NCBI GenBank assembly: GCA_019058315.1
Contig: JAHPZH010000009.1
Coordinates: forward strand, 64,001 to 128,000
Direction: 5' to 3'
DNA from: Candidatus Helarchaeota archaeon
Lineage (GTDB): Archaea > Asgardarchaeota > Lokiarchaeia > Helarchaeales > RDOG01
DNA length: 64,000 nt
Below the pieces are notes generated by a model, which saw only the letters and a program-made list of their open reading frames with translations, was not told the DNA's origin and did not search any database. Shown here one piece after another: positions 1 to 10,791 of this stretch. Numbering within the stretch: the stretch's first letter is position 1; the number at the start of each line of letters is the position of its first letter. Both the position numbers and the translations under genes were made by a program.

Positions 1-1173
1 ATACATATCGCAAACCAAGCCAAATAATAGAATTTGGATTCCCATTATTATTAATAAGGCGGACAAAACCAAATTTCCTGTTAATAATTGTCCAAACATA
101 ATTGAATTATAAACAACAACTGCACCCACAAGTATTCCACCTGCAACTAATACAGTACCAAGAGCACCAAATAGTGATAATGGATGATAATCACGATATG
201 TTTTAAGTCCAATAATGGAAATTCGTAAAGCGTAATCAGCAGGATCTGAAATTAATTTTGATTTTCCATGGGGTCTTTTCAAGAATTTAACTGGTACTTC
301 GGTAATGCGAAATCCTTCCTCAGCAGCTCTGATTATCAATTCCTGTGTATAAGTATAGTCTGAAGTTATTGGTACTTCCTCTAAAACTTCTCTTCGAATT
401 GCTCTAAATCCCGTCTGCGAGTCAGTCAAATGTAAGCCCGCAAAACGATTAACACACCATGTAAAGACTTTATTTCCCAATTTTTTAATAGGCCCCATTT
501 TTTCGATAGTTCCCATGAAGCGAGACCCTAAAACTAGATCCGCTTTATTGTTTTCTGCTATTTCTAATAATTTTGGGATTTCATCAGCATCATATTGCCC
601 ATCCGCATCAATAGTAAGTACTATATCCGCTTCTAATCTTAAAGCCTCTTTGAAGCCATCTTTAATCGAAATACCTAATCCTTTATTCATATCATGATTA
701 AAAACATAAGCCCCAGCTTCTTTAGCTCGTTTCCCTGTTTCATCTTTTGAGCCATCATTAATAACAATAATATAATCCAAATATTTTAGAGCTTTAGTTA
801 CTACATCTGCTATGGAAGCTTCTTCATTATATGCTGGCATTACTCCAATTCTCTTCTCTACTGGTTTTAAAATTGGCATACTACTTGGTAGAATCGGGAC
901 TTTACCTGTGTGATGAAATAATTTTATAAAGTAATGGATAAAAAGAAATATTAAACCACCCAAAAAACTCCACCATGCGAAAGCTACGAAATAAGAACCT
1001 GCCCCACCAAATATGTTTGTTGTCAGAGGCCAAATCCAAATTTCTATAAGCATTCTTGGATTCGAAATAAAAACATTCCAAATTGTTATAGCTATAAATA
1101 CAGCTATTATTCCAACTATAATTAAGAAAGATAGAGCCAATAGACTCCATCCAATTGAACGTAATCTCGGCAT
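1..1173 (-). CDS. Glycosyltransferase family 2 (DPM1/polyprenol-phosphate sugar synthase-like) with N- and C-terminal TM helices; 3' end outside window
   Basis: Hand translation from ATG at 1173 (absent from ORF track): MPRLRSIG...VMPAYNEE...VINDGSKDET...TIDADGQY...DLVLGSRF...DSQTGFRA; open to position 1. Confidence 0.9.
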   Translation of the reverse strand, partial: MPRLRSIGWSLLALSFLIIVGIIAVFIAITIWNVFISNPRMLIEIWIWPLTTNIFGGAGSYFVAFAWWSFLGGLIFLFIHYFIKLFHHTGKVPILPSSMPILKPVEKRIGVMPAYNEEASIADVVTKALKYLDYIIVINDGSKDETGKRAKEAGAYVFNHDMNKGLGISIKDGFKEALRLEADIVLTIDADGQYDADEIPKLLEIAENNKADLVLGSRFMGTIEKMGPIKKLGNKVFTWCVNRFAGLHLTDSQTGFRAIRREVLEEVPITSDYTYTQELIIRAAEEGFRITEVPVKFLKRPHGKSKLISDPADYALRISIIGLKTYRDYHPLSLFGALGTVLVAGGILVGAVVVYNSIMFGQLLTGNLVLSALLIIMGIQILLFGLVCDMY

Positions 1174-1296
1174 TTATAAATCCTTTCCTTATTCCAAAAA
1201 ATTATAAGCACGTTAATTTTATTTGGTTAAATTTCAAATAAAAGTTAATAAAACTCATAATATATTTTTCTTTTCTAATGATGAAAGAGGGTAAAT

Positions 1297-2505
1297 TTGA
1301 AAAAGAAACAAAAAACTAAAAACTTAAACGTTTTAGTAGTTACACATAAAACAGAATCGTTTGTGAGAGATTTGGCGATTCATGTTTCAAAAATAGGGAA
1401 TAAAAATATTATATTGTATGGACCAAAACCGGGGAAAAAGGATTTAGAATCTATATTAAAGTCTAAAGTTACTTTTATTCATACTAAAGTTCGCAGTATT
1501 TTTACTTCAGGTGAAAAAATAGAAGATCAATTTCTAGAAAAACCAAGATTAGAAATGTTTAAACATTTTTTTTCAACATTTTTAGAGCTTTTTAGAATAA
1601 TTAGAAAATATAAAATAGATTTAATTCATGCTCATTGGGTTTTACCTTCTGGTTTTATATGTAGTTTAATTTCATATATATTAAAAAAACCTCTAGTTAT
1701 TACAGCTCATGGCAGATCAATTTATTTTAATCCAAAATTAGGAAAAACGGTACCAGAAAAAGGCTATGTTCGAATAATGTATAAATTCGTATTTAAGAGA
1801 ATGAGTAAGATTATTGCTGTAAGTAAATATGTCAAAGAAGTTATTTTGGAACTGGGAATAGAACCTTCAAAAATAAAACTTATATATAATGGAACTGACC
1901 TTAAGCAGTTCCATCCGGATATTAAAGGCGATAAAATAAAAAGAAAACTAAATTTGGAAGATAAATTCATAATTCTGACTGTAAGAAAGTTTTTTTTCAG
2001 AAAAGGAGTGCAATATTTAATTAAAGCAATATCTTTGGTAAAAAAGAAGATTTCCAATGTAAAATTAATAATAATTGGCTACGGTCCCTACGAATCAAGT
2101 TTAAAATCATTAACAAAAAAATTAGCTTTAAAGGATTATGTTTTATTTTTGGGAAAAATCCAAAACCAAAATCTACCCCCATATTATGCTGCATGTGATG
2201 TATTTGCTATTCCATCTTTAGTGGAGGGCTTTGGAGTTGCCGCTGCAGAAGCTATGGCGATGGAAATACCTCTGATATCAACAAATATTAAAGGTTTGAC
2301 CGAGGTTTCAGATTCAACAAATGCGATTGTAGTCCCTCCTGCTAATGAACCTGCTATTTCAGACGCAATTATAAAATTGTGGCAAGATCCGAGACTTCGG
2401 GAAGAATTAGGTAAAAAAGGTCGCCAAAAAATATTAAATTTATTTAATTGGACTCGTGCTGCAAAAGAATATGACAAATTATATGAAATTCTGATTAAAA
2501 AGTAG
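1297..2505 (+). CDS. Glycosyltransferase family 4 (GT-B)
   Basis: HAHW, YNGTD, RKG, PSLVEGFGVAAAEAMA (ExFGx4EA) motifs. Confidence 0.92.
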   Translation: MKKKQKTKNLNVLVVTHKTESFVRDLAIHVSKIGNKNIILYGPKPGKKDLESILKSKVTFIHTKVRSIFTSGEKIEDQFLEKPRLEMFKHFFSTFLELFRIIRKYKIDLIHAHWVLPSGFICSLISYILKKPLVITAHGRSIYFNPKLGKTVPEKGYVRIMYKFVFKRMSKIIAVSKYVKEVILELGIEPSKIKLIYNGTDLKQFHPDIKGDKIKRKLNLEDKFIILTVRKFFFRKGVQYLIKAISLVKKKISNVKLIIIGYGPYESSLKSLTKKLALKDYVLFLGKIQNQNLPPYYAACDVFAIPSLVEGFGVAAAEAMAMEIPLISTNIKGLTEVSDSTNAIVVPPANEPAISDAIIKLWQDPRLREELGKKGRQKILNLFNWTRAAKEYDKLYEILIKK

Positions 2506-3808
2506 ACTTTGAAATTCTCTTTAATTCATAGAGTTTATGAGCATTAATACAAGCTTTTCGAAGAGTATCTATCTGATATTCGATATTATTTTGCTCAAAT
2601 TTTAGAGTATAGATATGCCTCAAAGATTTGATTGCATTTTTTATATAAAATGCTTGCTTTTGGGTATTTTTAATCGAAAAAAGTGTCGAAAGAGCCGCAG
2701 TATATATTTTTATTATTGGAGATTGTTTTGAAAATATATTATTTAAAGTAAAAAATCTTTTATGATTCCTCATATATGTAAAATTTTCATAAATTTGTAA
2801 TAATAACGAACCAAAATAAACTAGAAATTTATTATTTAAAATGAAATCTTTAAGATAATATTCTATATAAGGATAAAAATAGTATAATTCTAAAAATTTT
2901 GGAATTTTTTTAATAAATTTGAATGGATCTCCGGCATTTTTCCTCGTAATATACTCAAAATAGTACATAAGAACTTCTATAAGATCATCAGAAGTTGAAT
3001 GCCATAATTTAATAGGATCTAAACCAGATTCATTATATTCTGGTCTTAACTTTAACTTGGTGAATTTTTTTATTTTTTCATCTAAATTTGGAAATCTTTC
3101 TGATAAAAATGGTAATTTTTTATAACATTTTTGAAAATTTATTGCTCTTTCCTTATAAGTTGCCTCATAACATCTCATTAATATAGTTAAAGCAGTAGCA
3201 ATTTCTAAATATACTTTTCCACATTCATAGATACAGGATTCATTAAGGAATGAGTCTTTAAGGAATAATGAAGGATTTTTTGGATAATATTCAAGCAATC
3301 CAATAATTTTGTTTAAAAGAACTCTCAAACCACTTGAATAAGTAATATCTTCTTTTCGGATTTGAATTAGTTGACGAACATCTGATCCATATATAAGTCT
3401 ACTACCTTCTTTTAATTCAAAATTACTAATATCTGGTGGTAACCTTGTTAAGCTCTTCTTTTTAACTATTTTAATATTGATATGAAAATGACCTGGTGAA
3501 GCCTTATAATACCAATCACTGGGAATTTTCAAGACATTATGAATATTGGATATTAATTTTATGTAGTCATTTTCAGAAATCTTATGATTTGAGACAACTA
3601 TTAAATCGTAATCTTTTAATGGAATTAATTCGCGATTATTAATAATTTTTATTGAACCCTCTCCACGCCCAAATCCCCCAACAAGGATTATAGAACCGAC
3701 ATTTTTAATTTTTTTAAGAATTTCCTGACAAATTATTCTCATATGTGAGGAAATAAAAGATTCAATCCAATCTTCGCTATAATCAGTAAATGTGTTCAAA
3801 TTTTTCAC
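2495..3808 (-). CDS. Pol-beta superfamily nucleotidyltransferase-domain protein with helical C-terminal region, function unknown
   Basis: SIILVGGFGRGEG...KDYDLIVV matches the hG[GS]x9-13DxD signature with an insertion. Confidence 0.7.
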   Translation of the reverse strand: MKNLNTFTDYSEDWIESFISSHMRIICQEILKKIKNVGSIILVGGFGRGEGSIKIINNRELIPLKDYDLIVVSNHKISENDYIKLISNIHNVLKIPSDWYYKASPGHFHINIKIVKKKSLTRLPPDISNFELKEGSRLIYGSDVRQLIQIRKEDITYSSGLRVLLNKIIGLLEYYPKNPSLFLKDSFLNESCIYECGKVYLEIATALTILMRCYEATYKERAINFQKCYKKLPFLSERFPNLDEKIKKFTKLKLRPEYNESGLDPIKLWHSTSDDLIEVLMYYFEYITRKNAGDPFKFIKKIPKFLELYYFYPYIEYYLKDFILNNKFLVYFGSLLLQIYENFTYMRNHKRFFTLNNIFSKQSPIIKIYTAALSTLFSIKNTQKQAFYIKNAIKSLRHIYTLKFEQNNIEYQIDTLRKACINAHKLYELKRISKSTF

Positions 3809-5049
3809 GAATTTTCAATTTTTAATATAGATTTTCCTAAAATACCTCTTTTAGGAGGCAAATTTAAAATCTCTAGAATTGTTGGGAGAATATCAATAAA
3901 TTCCATTTTCTTTTTGATTTTTTGAGGAGAAATATTTAATCCATTTAAAATAAACAGGGCATTTAAATTCGAATGAGTAGGAAAATAACCATGCATACCT
4001 TTGACTATTTCTGTTCCTTGATAAAAATTTGGTAAAATAAGAGTTCCTGGGTTAACAGCAAATATTAAGTCACCATAAATATTAGTATTAGGAATATGAA
4101 GCTGTTTTTTTTCTTTAAGAGTAAGAAAATGTCCCTCTGGAAATTTATCTAATTGATTTTTTATTTGTTTGTGTATTGAGATATTTTTAGTATAAAAACG
4201 TGCTAAAGTGGAATCTAAAAAAATTTGATAATCTTTACCTATTTTTAAATTCAATGGTTTTAAACAAGCAAAAATATTCAATATTTTTTTAATTTTAACC
4301 ATTCCGTGGTCCGAAAGAATTAAAAATGACGTGTCATCACTTCTATTTTCAAAAGTTTCAAAAATTTCTTTAATATTGTAATCAGTTTTTTTAAGTGTTT
4401 CATTAAATTTTGATGAATTGGGACCATTCTTATGACTTATGGTGTCTAAGTCAAAAAATCTAAAGAGATAAAAATCAAAACTATTCTTTTTTGAAATATT
4501 TGTCCGAAACATTTTCATTGTATCTTTATCATTATGTACAAATGGAAAATTAATAAATAAGGATTTTTTTTGGTTATTACGTAAGATATCAAAGAGTGTT
4601 TGAATTCTTCCTATTGAATTTTTTTCTACAATGCTCTTAACCATTGGAATATTAAAATTTTTTAGTAGATTCCATGGAATCAGAGTAGTTCTTGGAAATT
4701 GTCTGAAATTTTTAAGAGTCTGTGTTGTATAACAAATGGGAGCAGTTAATATTTTCTTGAAATACAAGTTAGGAATACGTTTTACAAAAAAATTTAAAAG
4801 AAGAAGAAATGGATTATAAGTCCATCGAAATGGTGAATGAGAAGGATCGTAATAATAATCTAACCAAATTTTATGTTGATCAGGGTATAAACCAGAAAAT
4901 ATTGTAGGTTCTATCCCTCGAAATGCTAATAAGGGCTCTATTTTTGCAAAAATGCCATCTTCAGCAAGACGATACAAGAATGGAGAATACTTTTTCGAAA
5001 TATATGCGTAACCTAATGCATCTATCATCAACATAATTAATTTTTTCAT
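3805..5049 (-). CDS. Alkaline phosphatase superfamily protein (nucleotide pyrophosphatase/phosphodiesterase-like)
   Basis: MIDALG, SGLYPDQH, DLDTISH, LSDHGM, GMHGY, DILPTIL motifs; 4-bp overlap with downstream NTase gene. Confidence 0.85.
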   Translation of the reverse strand: MKKLIMLMIDALGYAYISKKYSPFLYRLAEDGIFAKIEPLLAFRGIEPTIFSGLYPDQHKIWLDYYYDPSHSPFRWTYNPFLLLLNFFVKRIPNLYFKKILTAPICYTTQTLKNFRQFPRTTLIPWNLLKNFNIPMVKSIVEKNSIGRIQTLFDILRNNQKKSLFINFPFVHNDKDTMKMFRTNISKKNSFDFYLFRFFDLDTISHKNGPNSSKFNETLKKTDYNIKEIFETFENRSDDTSFLILSDHGMVKIKKILNIFACLKPLNLKIGKDYQIFLDSTLARFYTKNISIHKQIKNQLDKFPEGHFLTLKEKKQLHIPNTNIYGDLIFAVNPGTLILPNFYQGTEIVKGMHGYFPTHSNLNALFILNGLNISPQKIKKKMEFIDILPTILEILNLPPKRGILGKSILKIENS

Positions 5050-5068
5050 AATTTAAACCAAGGATATT

Positions 5069-5875
5069 TTATGCATTACTAATTTTTGCTCTAATATATC
5101 CCACCATATATGGAAATAACATGGAAACATCAAATAAATTAAATCTTGGATTACGCGCTAAAACTTTTGGAACTCTTTTCATTTTTGCTTTATTAAATCC
5201 AGAATCATAAGAACGCTTTACAAACCACCTTAATTTTAATTTTTTATCAGATATTTTATGATAAACAATAGCTTTGGGAGAATATAATATTTTAAATTTT
5301 TTTGCTGCCCTTTCACAATATTGAGTCTCTTCTCCACCATACATTAATTTCGGATATTTGCCAATAGAGGTATCGAATACCCCTATTTCATTAAAAACTT
5401 CTCTTTTTAAAGAAAAATTGCATCCTATAATCCTATCTACATAAAAAGGAAAGCTTCCTAAATTTAGTAAAGATAACCATTCCCTGGCTAATAAAGACTT
5501 CTTTATCAACTGAGAAACATTTTTTGGCCAGATGGGTTTAATCATACCACCAACAATACCTACATCTTTTAAATTATAGGATTTAGAAATATAATACAAC
5601 CATTTCTTATGTGCAATTGCATCATCATCAATAAATGCTATTATATCACCTTTTGATTTTTGAATTCCCAAATTCCGAGAGTAACTTAATCCCGGTCTCT
5701 TTTCAATAAACACTTTTAAACCAAATATGTCCTCAATTTCTTTAATTTTTTTTGTTTCTTTTGATGTAGCTATTACTAAGATTTCATCGGGTTTCAAAAT
5801 CTGATTATTTATAGATTTTAAACAGTTTTTTAAATTTGAACTTTCAAATTTTGTTGGAATAACTACAGAAAGCAT
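5069..5875 (-). CDS. Glycosyltransferase family 2
   Basis: LSVVIPT, GLSYSRNLGI, AFIDDDA, GCNFS, GEETQ. Confidence 0.9.
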   Translation of the reverse strand: MLSVVIPTKFESSNLKNCLKSINNQILKPDEILVIATSKETKKIKEIEDIFGLKVFIEKRPGLSYSRNLGIQKSKGDIIAFIDDDAIAHKKWLYYISKSYNLKDVGIVGGMIKPIWPKNVSQLIKKSLLAREWLSLLNLGSFPFYVDRIIGCNFSLKREVFNEIGVFDTSIGKYPKLMYGGEETQYCERAAKKFKILYSPKAIVYHKISDKKLKLRWFVKRSYDSGFNKAKMKRVPKVLARNPRFNLFDVSMLFPYMVGYIRAKISNA

Positions 5876-6068
5876 TTTTTTATCTCGATAATCCTCATTA
5901 TGTCATATTTTGAATTTTAAACAAAATTAACTTAATTTGCTATTTATTATCCTACATAAAAATATTGAGATTCTATAATAAATTCAATTATGATTAATAG
6001 TAATTATTTTATTAAAATCAATTTATTTGAAGTAAACAATAATAATTTTAGTCCAATCGGTTGTAACT

Positions 6069-7616
6069 TTGAAAATCAAAGAAAATATAGAGAAAAATGG
6101 AAATAGATCCATTTCTCAAAAACTTGCTAAAGAAAGCATACACTCGGTCAGCTGGTTATTAGTTTTCCGGATATCAGCCATTATTTCCTCTATAATAATA
6201 GCAAATTTACTTCTTGAACAATATTATGGAATCTATTCAGTATTAAGCTCATGGGGACTGGTTTTAAATTATGTTTGTAGTATGGGAATTCCAGTTGCCG
6301 CAGCTAAGATAATTTCAGAAAATAGAATTAAAAATCCTGAAAAAAATTATACACTTTTTGCGAATATGATTTTAATTAATCTAATTAATTTTATTTTTGT
6401 TTTTGTTTTTTCTATTCTAACATTTAATTTCTTTATTTCTAATGTTTACAACGTAAAAATTTATGATATTCCGTTATTTGAAACCTTATTATTGTTAACA
6501 GTTTTAAAAGCATCGATTTATTCCTTCTTTTCTTTGGAACAAGGTATAGCTACTGGATATCGTGAATTTAAAGCTATTGCACTTATTTTTATAATTTGTT
6601 ATTTCGCTAAAATTCCAATTCTCTATGTGATGGTTAATAATTACAATATAAATGGAGTGTTTCTGACTGAAATAATTACGGAGTTAATAGTATTTTTTTG
6701 CTTTTACGTATTTCTATCAAATTATTTTAAAAGAAATAATATTAAAATCATGTTTAAAATTAAAAAAGAGCAAATAAAGAAAATATATCGCTTAGGAATT
6801 CCTTCATTTCTATCAAATTTAATATTTATTTCTGTAAATTGGTTTGGATTAACGATTTTGGCGATAAATCTTTCTTTTGTTGATGTTGGGTATTTTCAGA
6901 CTTCTCTAAATATTGCAAATTTGATTTTTCTCATCCCTTACGGAATAATAGCTCCATTTTTACCTGAAATTACAGAAAAATATCAACAAAATAAAGAAGA
7001 TTTCCATAAAACAATCTCAAAAGTATTAAAATTAATTATTTTGATTATATTTCCGTTAATAATTTTTGTAGGCCTTTTTTCACCATTTCTAATTAAAATT
7101 TTTTATCCAAAATATTACAGCTTGTTGACTTTTTATTCAACTTACATTTTACTCCCATATGTATTCATTAGTGGATTTACGATGGTTTTTTTTTATTCAT
7201 TTATTTCCATGGAAAAAAGTCGAGTTTTAATCGCTTTAGAAGGGTGTAAAGCAATAAGTTTTTTTATTTTTACCATAATTTTAGTACCTGTATACGGGAT
7301 TTTAGGTTTAGCTTATGTATATTTTCTATCTTTTTTGATTTATTCGATTATTTATCATTTAGTAATTATCCACTATAAATTCAAGTTTTCAGTGTTACCT
7401 CTTATCATGGTGAGTATATTATACGGAGGTTTTCTTTTATATTCCTCTATTTTATCTGAAATTAATATATACTCTCTTATTTGGATAATTAGTGCTGTAA
7501 CACTTTGTATAATTGTCTCAACAACTTCATTTATCCAATTATGGAAAGATCAAGATTGCAAAAATTTTATCTTAAGTTTAATCAGTATTTTTAAAAGGAG
7601 CTCAAATCCTGACTAA
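6069..7616 (+). CDS. Oligosaccharide flippase (Wzx/MOP family)
   Basis: About 14 hydrophobic segments, YGIYS and VGYF motifs, located in a GT cluster. Confidence 0.85.
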   Translation: MKIKENIEKNGNRSISQKLAKESIHSVSWLLVFRISAIISSIIIANLLLEQYYGIYSVLSSWGLVLNYVCSMGIPVAAAKIISENRIKNPEKNYTLFANMILINLINFIFVFVFSILTFNFFISNVYNVKIYDIPLFETLLLLTVLKASIYSFFSLEQGIATGYREFKAIALIFIICYFAKIPILYVMVNNYNINGVFLTEIITELIVFFCFYVFLSNYFKRNNIKIMFKIKKEQIKKIYRLGIPSFLSNLIFISVNWFGLTILAINLSFVDVGYFQTSLNIANLIFLIPYGIIAPFLPEITEKYQQNKEDFHKTISKVLKLIILIIFPLIIFVGLFSPFLIKIFYPKYYSLLTFYSTYILLPYVFISGFTMVFFYSFISMEKSRVLIALEGCKAISFFIFTIILVPVYGILGLAYVYFLSFLIYSIIYHLVIIHYKFKFSVLPLIMVSILYGGFLLYSSILSEINIYSLIWIISAVTLCIIVSTTSFIQLWKDQDCKNFILSLISIFKRSSNPD

Positions 7617-7618
7617 AA

Positions 7619-8785
7619 ATGTCAAAATTAAAAATCCTCTTGTTAACAATTTATAATTATCCCCATCCTGGAGGGATTTCCTCCCATATTAGTAATCTAA
7701 GAGATGGTTTAACAGAATTAAAGACAAAAGTAGAAATTTTTTCAACAAGTTCCTTATCAAAACTTTTTAATTCTTTTATTCGAATCATTTATTTTCTCAG
7801 AAAATTAAATCTGGCAATATTTTATTTCTTTTATTTAAATATTTTGAAGATTTACTTTCAGATTCGCTTATTTGTGAATTATTTGAAGAATAAATGGAAT
7901 GTAATAAATGCACAAGACCCTATTGCTTTAAATTGTACTAAATTAATTAGAATTTTCTTTAAACCAACACTAATTTTAACTGTTCATGGTTTCCTTGCTG
8001 CGGAAACATTAGTAGATTTGGATACTAAAAATAGTTTTATTAGTAATTTACTTATAAAAGAAGAAAAAAAATCATATTTTGATGCTGATAGAATAATTAC
8101 AATAGAAAATAGTAGAAAAGAGCATATTCTTAAATATATTAATAATCCTAAAAAAATTTTAATCCGAAATAACTTCGTAAATACTTCAATTTTCAGAAAA
8201 TTTCGAAATAATTATTTTAAGAGTAAATTTTCTTTACCAAAAGAAGCATATATTATTCTTTTTCCCAAAAGAATAGTGAAAGCTTCAGGAGTGAAATATT
8301 TTATTGAGGCAGCTAAAGAATTACTCAAAATAGAAAAGCATTATTATTTTATTATCTTAGGAAAAGGATATCTATTAAAAAAAATTAAAAAATTGACTAA
8401 GAATCAAAAAAATATCTTATATCATGACCCCATTCCCAATTCATTCATGCCATATCTCATAAATTCATCGAAAATTACAGTTATTCCATCTATTTCTCTT
8501 GGTTCTACAAAAGAAGGAAGCAGTATGGCAATAATTGAATCAATGGCTTGTGGTATTCCAGTTATTGCAACTAGAGTTGGAGGAAATCCTGCACTAATTA
8601 AGTCAGGAAAAACAGGTTTATTGATCCCTGAAAAGAATAGTAATGCAATAAGTGAAACAATAATTCGATTATATGAAGATAAAGAACTATGGAATAAAAT
8701 CTCTATTAATTCCCGTGAATTTATAATTAAAAATTACTCTCATATTAAAGCTGCAAAATTTTTTCTAAAAAATTATTTTCTATGA
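7619..8785 (+). CDS. Glycosyltransferase family 4
   Basis: PHPGG, LTVHG, EGSSMAIIESMACGIPVIATRVGG. Confidence 0.9.
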   Translation: MSKLKILLLTIYNYPHPGGISSHISNLRDGLTELKTKVEIFSTSSLSKLFNSFIRIIYFLRKLNLAIFYFFYLNILKIYFQIRLFVNYLKNKWNVINAQDPIALNCTKLIRIFFKPTLILTVHGFLAAETLVDLDTKNSFISNLLIKEEKKSYFDADRIITIENSRKEHILKYINNPKKILIRNNFVNTSIFRKFRNNYFKSKFSLPKEAYIILFPKRIVKASGVKYFIEAAKELLKIEKHYYFIILGKGYLLKKIKKLTKNQKNILYHDPIPNSFMPYLINSSKITVIPSISLGSTKEGSSMAIIESMACGIPVIATRVGGNPALIKSGKTGLLIPEKNSNAISETIIRLYEDKELWNKISINSREFIIKNYSHIKAAKFFLKNYFL

Positions 8786-9909
8786 TAAAACATTTTTATT
8801 GTTGACACATAAATTTTATGAATTTTCTTGAAAATCTTTTTTGAGTCAAACTTATTTTCAATTATTTTTCTGCTATTTTTACCCATTTCTCTTCTTAATT
8901 CTGGTCTGGAAATTAATGTATTAATGTTATTTTTAAGAGCTAAATAATCATTTTTTGGAATTAAAAAACCATTAAATTCGTGTTTAATCAATTCCTGGAC
9001 TCCTCCTACAGCAGTTGCTATAATTGGAGCTTCACACGCCATCGCTTCTAATATAACTGTTGGTTGTCCTTCATATAAACTTGGTAAGACGAATAAATCA
9101 CAAGCAGAATAGTATATTGGTAGTTTATCATTAGAAATTTTACCTAAAAAAAACACTTTATCTTTTATCCTATGTTTTTTTGCAAATTTGATTAATTTCC
9201 TTTTTTGTGGGCCATCACCAATTATTTGTAGACAAATATTTGAATATTTTTTCGCTAATTCCTGTATTGCTAATATGAGATTACCTATTCCTTTTGTAGA
9301 AACAAGGCGACTTACGATTAGAACAATTATTTTATTATTTAATCCATTTACTTTCTTGAAATCAATAATTCTTTGCTCATTAGATCTCCTAAATTTTTTC
9401 GAATCTATGAAATTTGGAATAAGATCAATTTTTTTTATCGTATATTGTTTTGCTCTAATCTGGAGGAATTTATTAATGGCTATAATCCTATCAGTGTTTT
9501 TTAAAATGAATTTTACTAAAAAAGGGATTTTTCTCGCAAAATTATAAATTCCCCCACCATGTAATGTAATAATAACTGGAATTTTTAAAATTTTTTTAAT
9601 TAAAATGGCAGCTAAACCTTCTGAAATAACTCCATTTGCATGTATTATATGAGTTTTTAACTTTTTATGATTTTTGATAAATGATATAAAATACATTAAT
9701 GTTTTAAATAAAAATCGAATAATTGGGAAATTTAAGGACTTTAAGGAAAAAATTTTAACATTTTTCTTTGAAATTTTCAATGAGCCGAAAGAAAAGATCG
9801 TTGTTTTATATTTTAATTTTATTGAATTTTTTAAAAGTAAATAACAATAAATCTCTTGTCCCCCAATTTTGTCTGGAAATATTCCACGTGTAAATATCGC
9901 CAAATTCAT
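8773..9909 (-). CDS. Glycosyltransferase family 4
   Basis: KIGGQE, ITLHG, PSLYEGQPTVILEAMAC. Confidence 0.92.
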   Translation of the reverse strand: MNLAIFTRGIFPDKIGGQEIYCYLLLKNSIKLKYKTTIFSFGSLKISKKNVKIFSLKSLNFPIIRFLFKTLMYFISFIKNHKKLKTHIIHANGVISEGLAAILIKKILKIPVIITLHGGGIYNFARKIPFLVKFILKNTDRIIAINKFLQIRAKQYTIKKIDLIPNFIDSKKFRRSNEQRIIDFKKVNGLNNKIIVLIVSRLVSTKGIGNLILAIQELAKKYSNICLQIIGDGPQKRKLIKFAKKHRIKDKVFFLGKISNDKLPIYYSACDLFVLPSLYEGQPTVILEAMACEAPIIATAVGGVQELIKHEFNGFLIPKNDYLALKNNINTLISRPELRREMGKNSRKIIENKFDSKKIFKKIHKIYVSTIKMFYHRK

Positions 9910-10340
9910 AAATAATCACAAATTTATGAAGACTTTTACTTTACAAATTATTTTTTAACTCATTATTTAATAACAAGAAAATCACAATCTTAACAAATTA
10001 TTAATTAACCATTGTTTTTCCTTTCGGTTTTTAATGTTTTTAGATAAAACTGACCAAATGAACATAAAAGATTTTGAATTTATTTAAATCAATACTTAAT
10101 AATATAAGAATCAATTTAAGTAAATAATTTATTATAATCTTTTTCTTTTAAATAAGATGATATTTAGCAATAATTTAATCTAAAAACTCAATTCTATGAC
10201 AGAATTCTTAATTCCTTTCCATTATTTTACCTAAAAGAAACATATGAAAAAACTTTTAATAAGAGAAATCTAAGTGAATTTTTATAATATTATTATTAGA
10301 AAATATTTTTTTTCCAAAAAAAAATATAACAAGAAAAAAT

Positions 10341-10667
10341 TTGGATTTGAAAAAATTGCAAAGAGACAAGCTTTATGGATTGATAATCTTCTTGGTAGCG
10401 CTAATTCTACTGGTCTATTTAACAATGGCAAACGTTATGATCATTTTTGCTGGTGGTAATAAAGATTATTACGCAATAGATTGGCCAATCTTCTTTGGAC
10501 CATGGGTATACGTTGTTGCACCGCTTATGCTCGCAGAAATCTTAATCTTTGGTATAGCTGCGTGGATAGGGTGGACAATGATGACAACTCCGCCTCCAGT
10601 TCCTCTTGAGGAATTAGAAGGTCTCGGTTTAGACGAAGATATAGAAGAAAAAGACGAATCTGCATAA
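10341..10667 (+). CDS. Small two-TM archaeal membrane protein (WIGxTxxTTPPP family), paralog 1
   Basis: Two hydrophobic helices, WIGWTMMTTPPPVPLEE, acidic tail; paralogous to 10792-11073. Confidence 0.75.
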   Translation: MDLKKLQRDKLYGLIIFLVALILLVYLTMANVMIIFAGGNKDYYAIDWPIFFGPWVYVVAPLMLAEILIFGIAAWIGWTMMTTPPPVPLEELEGLGLDEDIEEKDESA

Positions 10668-10791
10668 ATAATTTTATAATATTTTTTTATTTTCTTATTT
10701 TTATTAAAAAATGTGAATAAAGAATAAAATCTTTTTAAAATAAAAGACTATATTTTAGATTTTTTATTTTTAGATTTTCAAATTACCCACT

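Noticed and set aside
515-1207. Short ORFs 515-697, 902-1150 and 1013-1207
   Set aside because: Shadow or off-frame ORFs over the GT2 gene at 1-1173.
2495-3808. CBASS cyclase call for the nucleotidyltransferase
   Set aside because: No Cap effector nearby; the context is glycan synthesis, and the E1/E2 genes 35 kb away belong to the ubiquitin locus.
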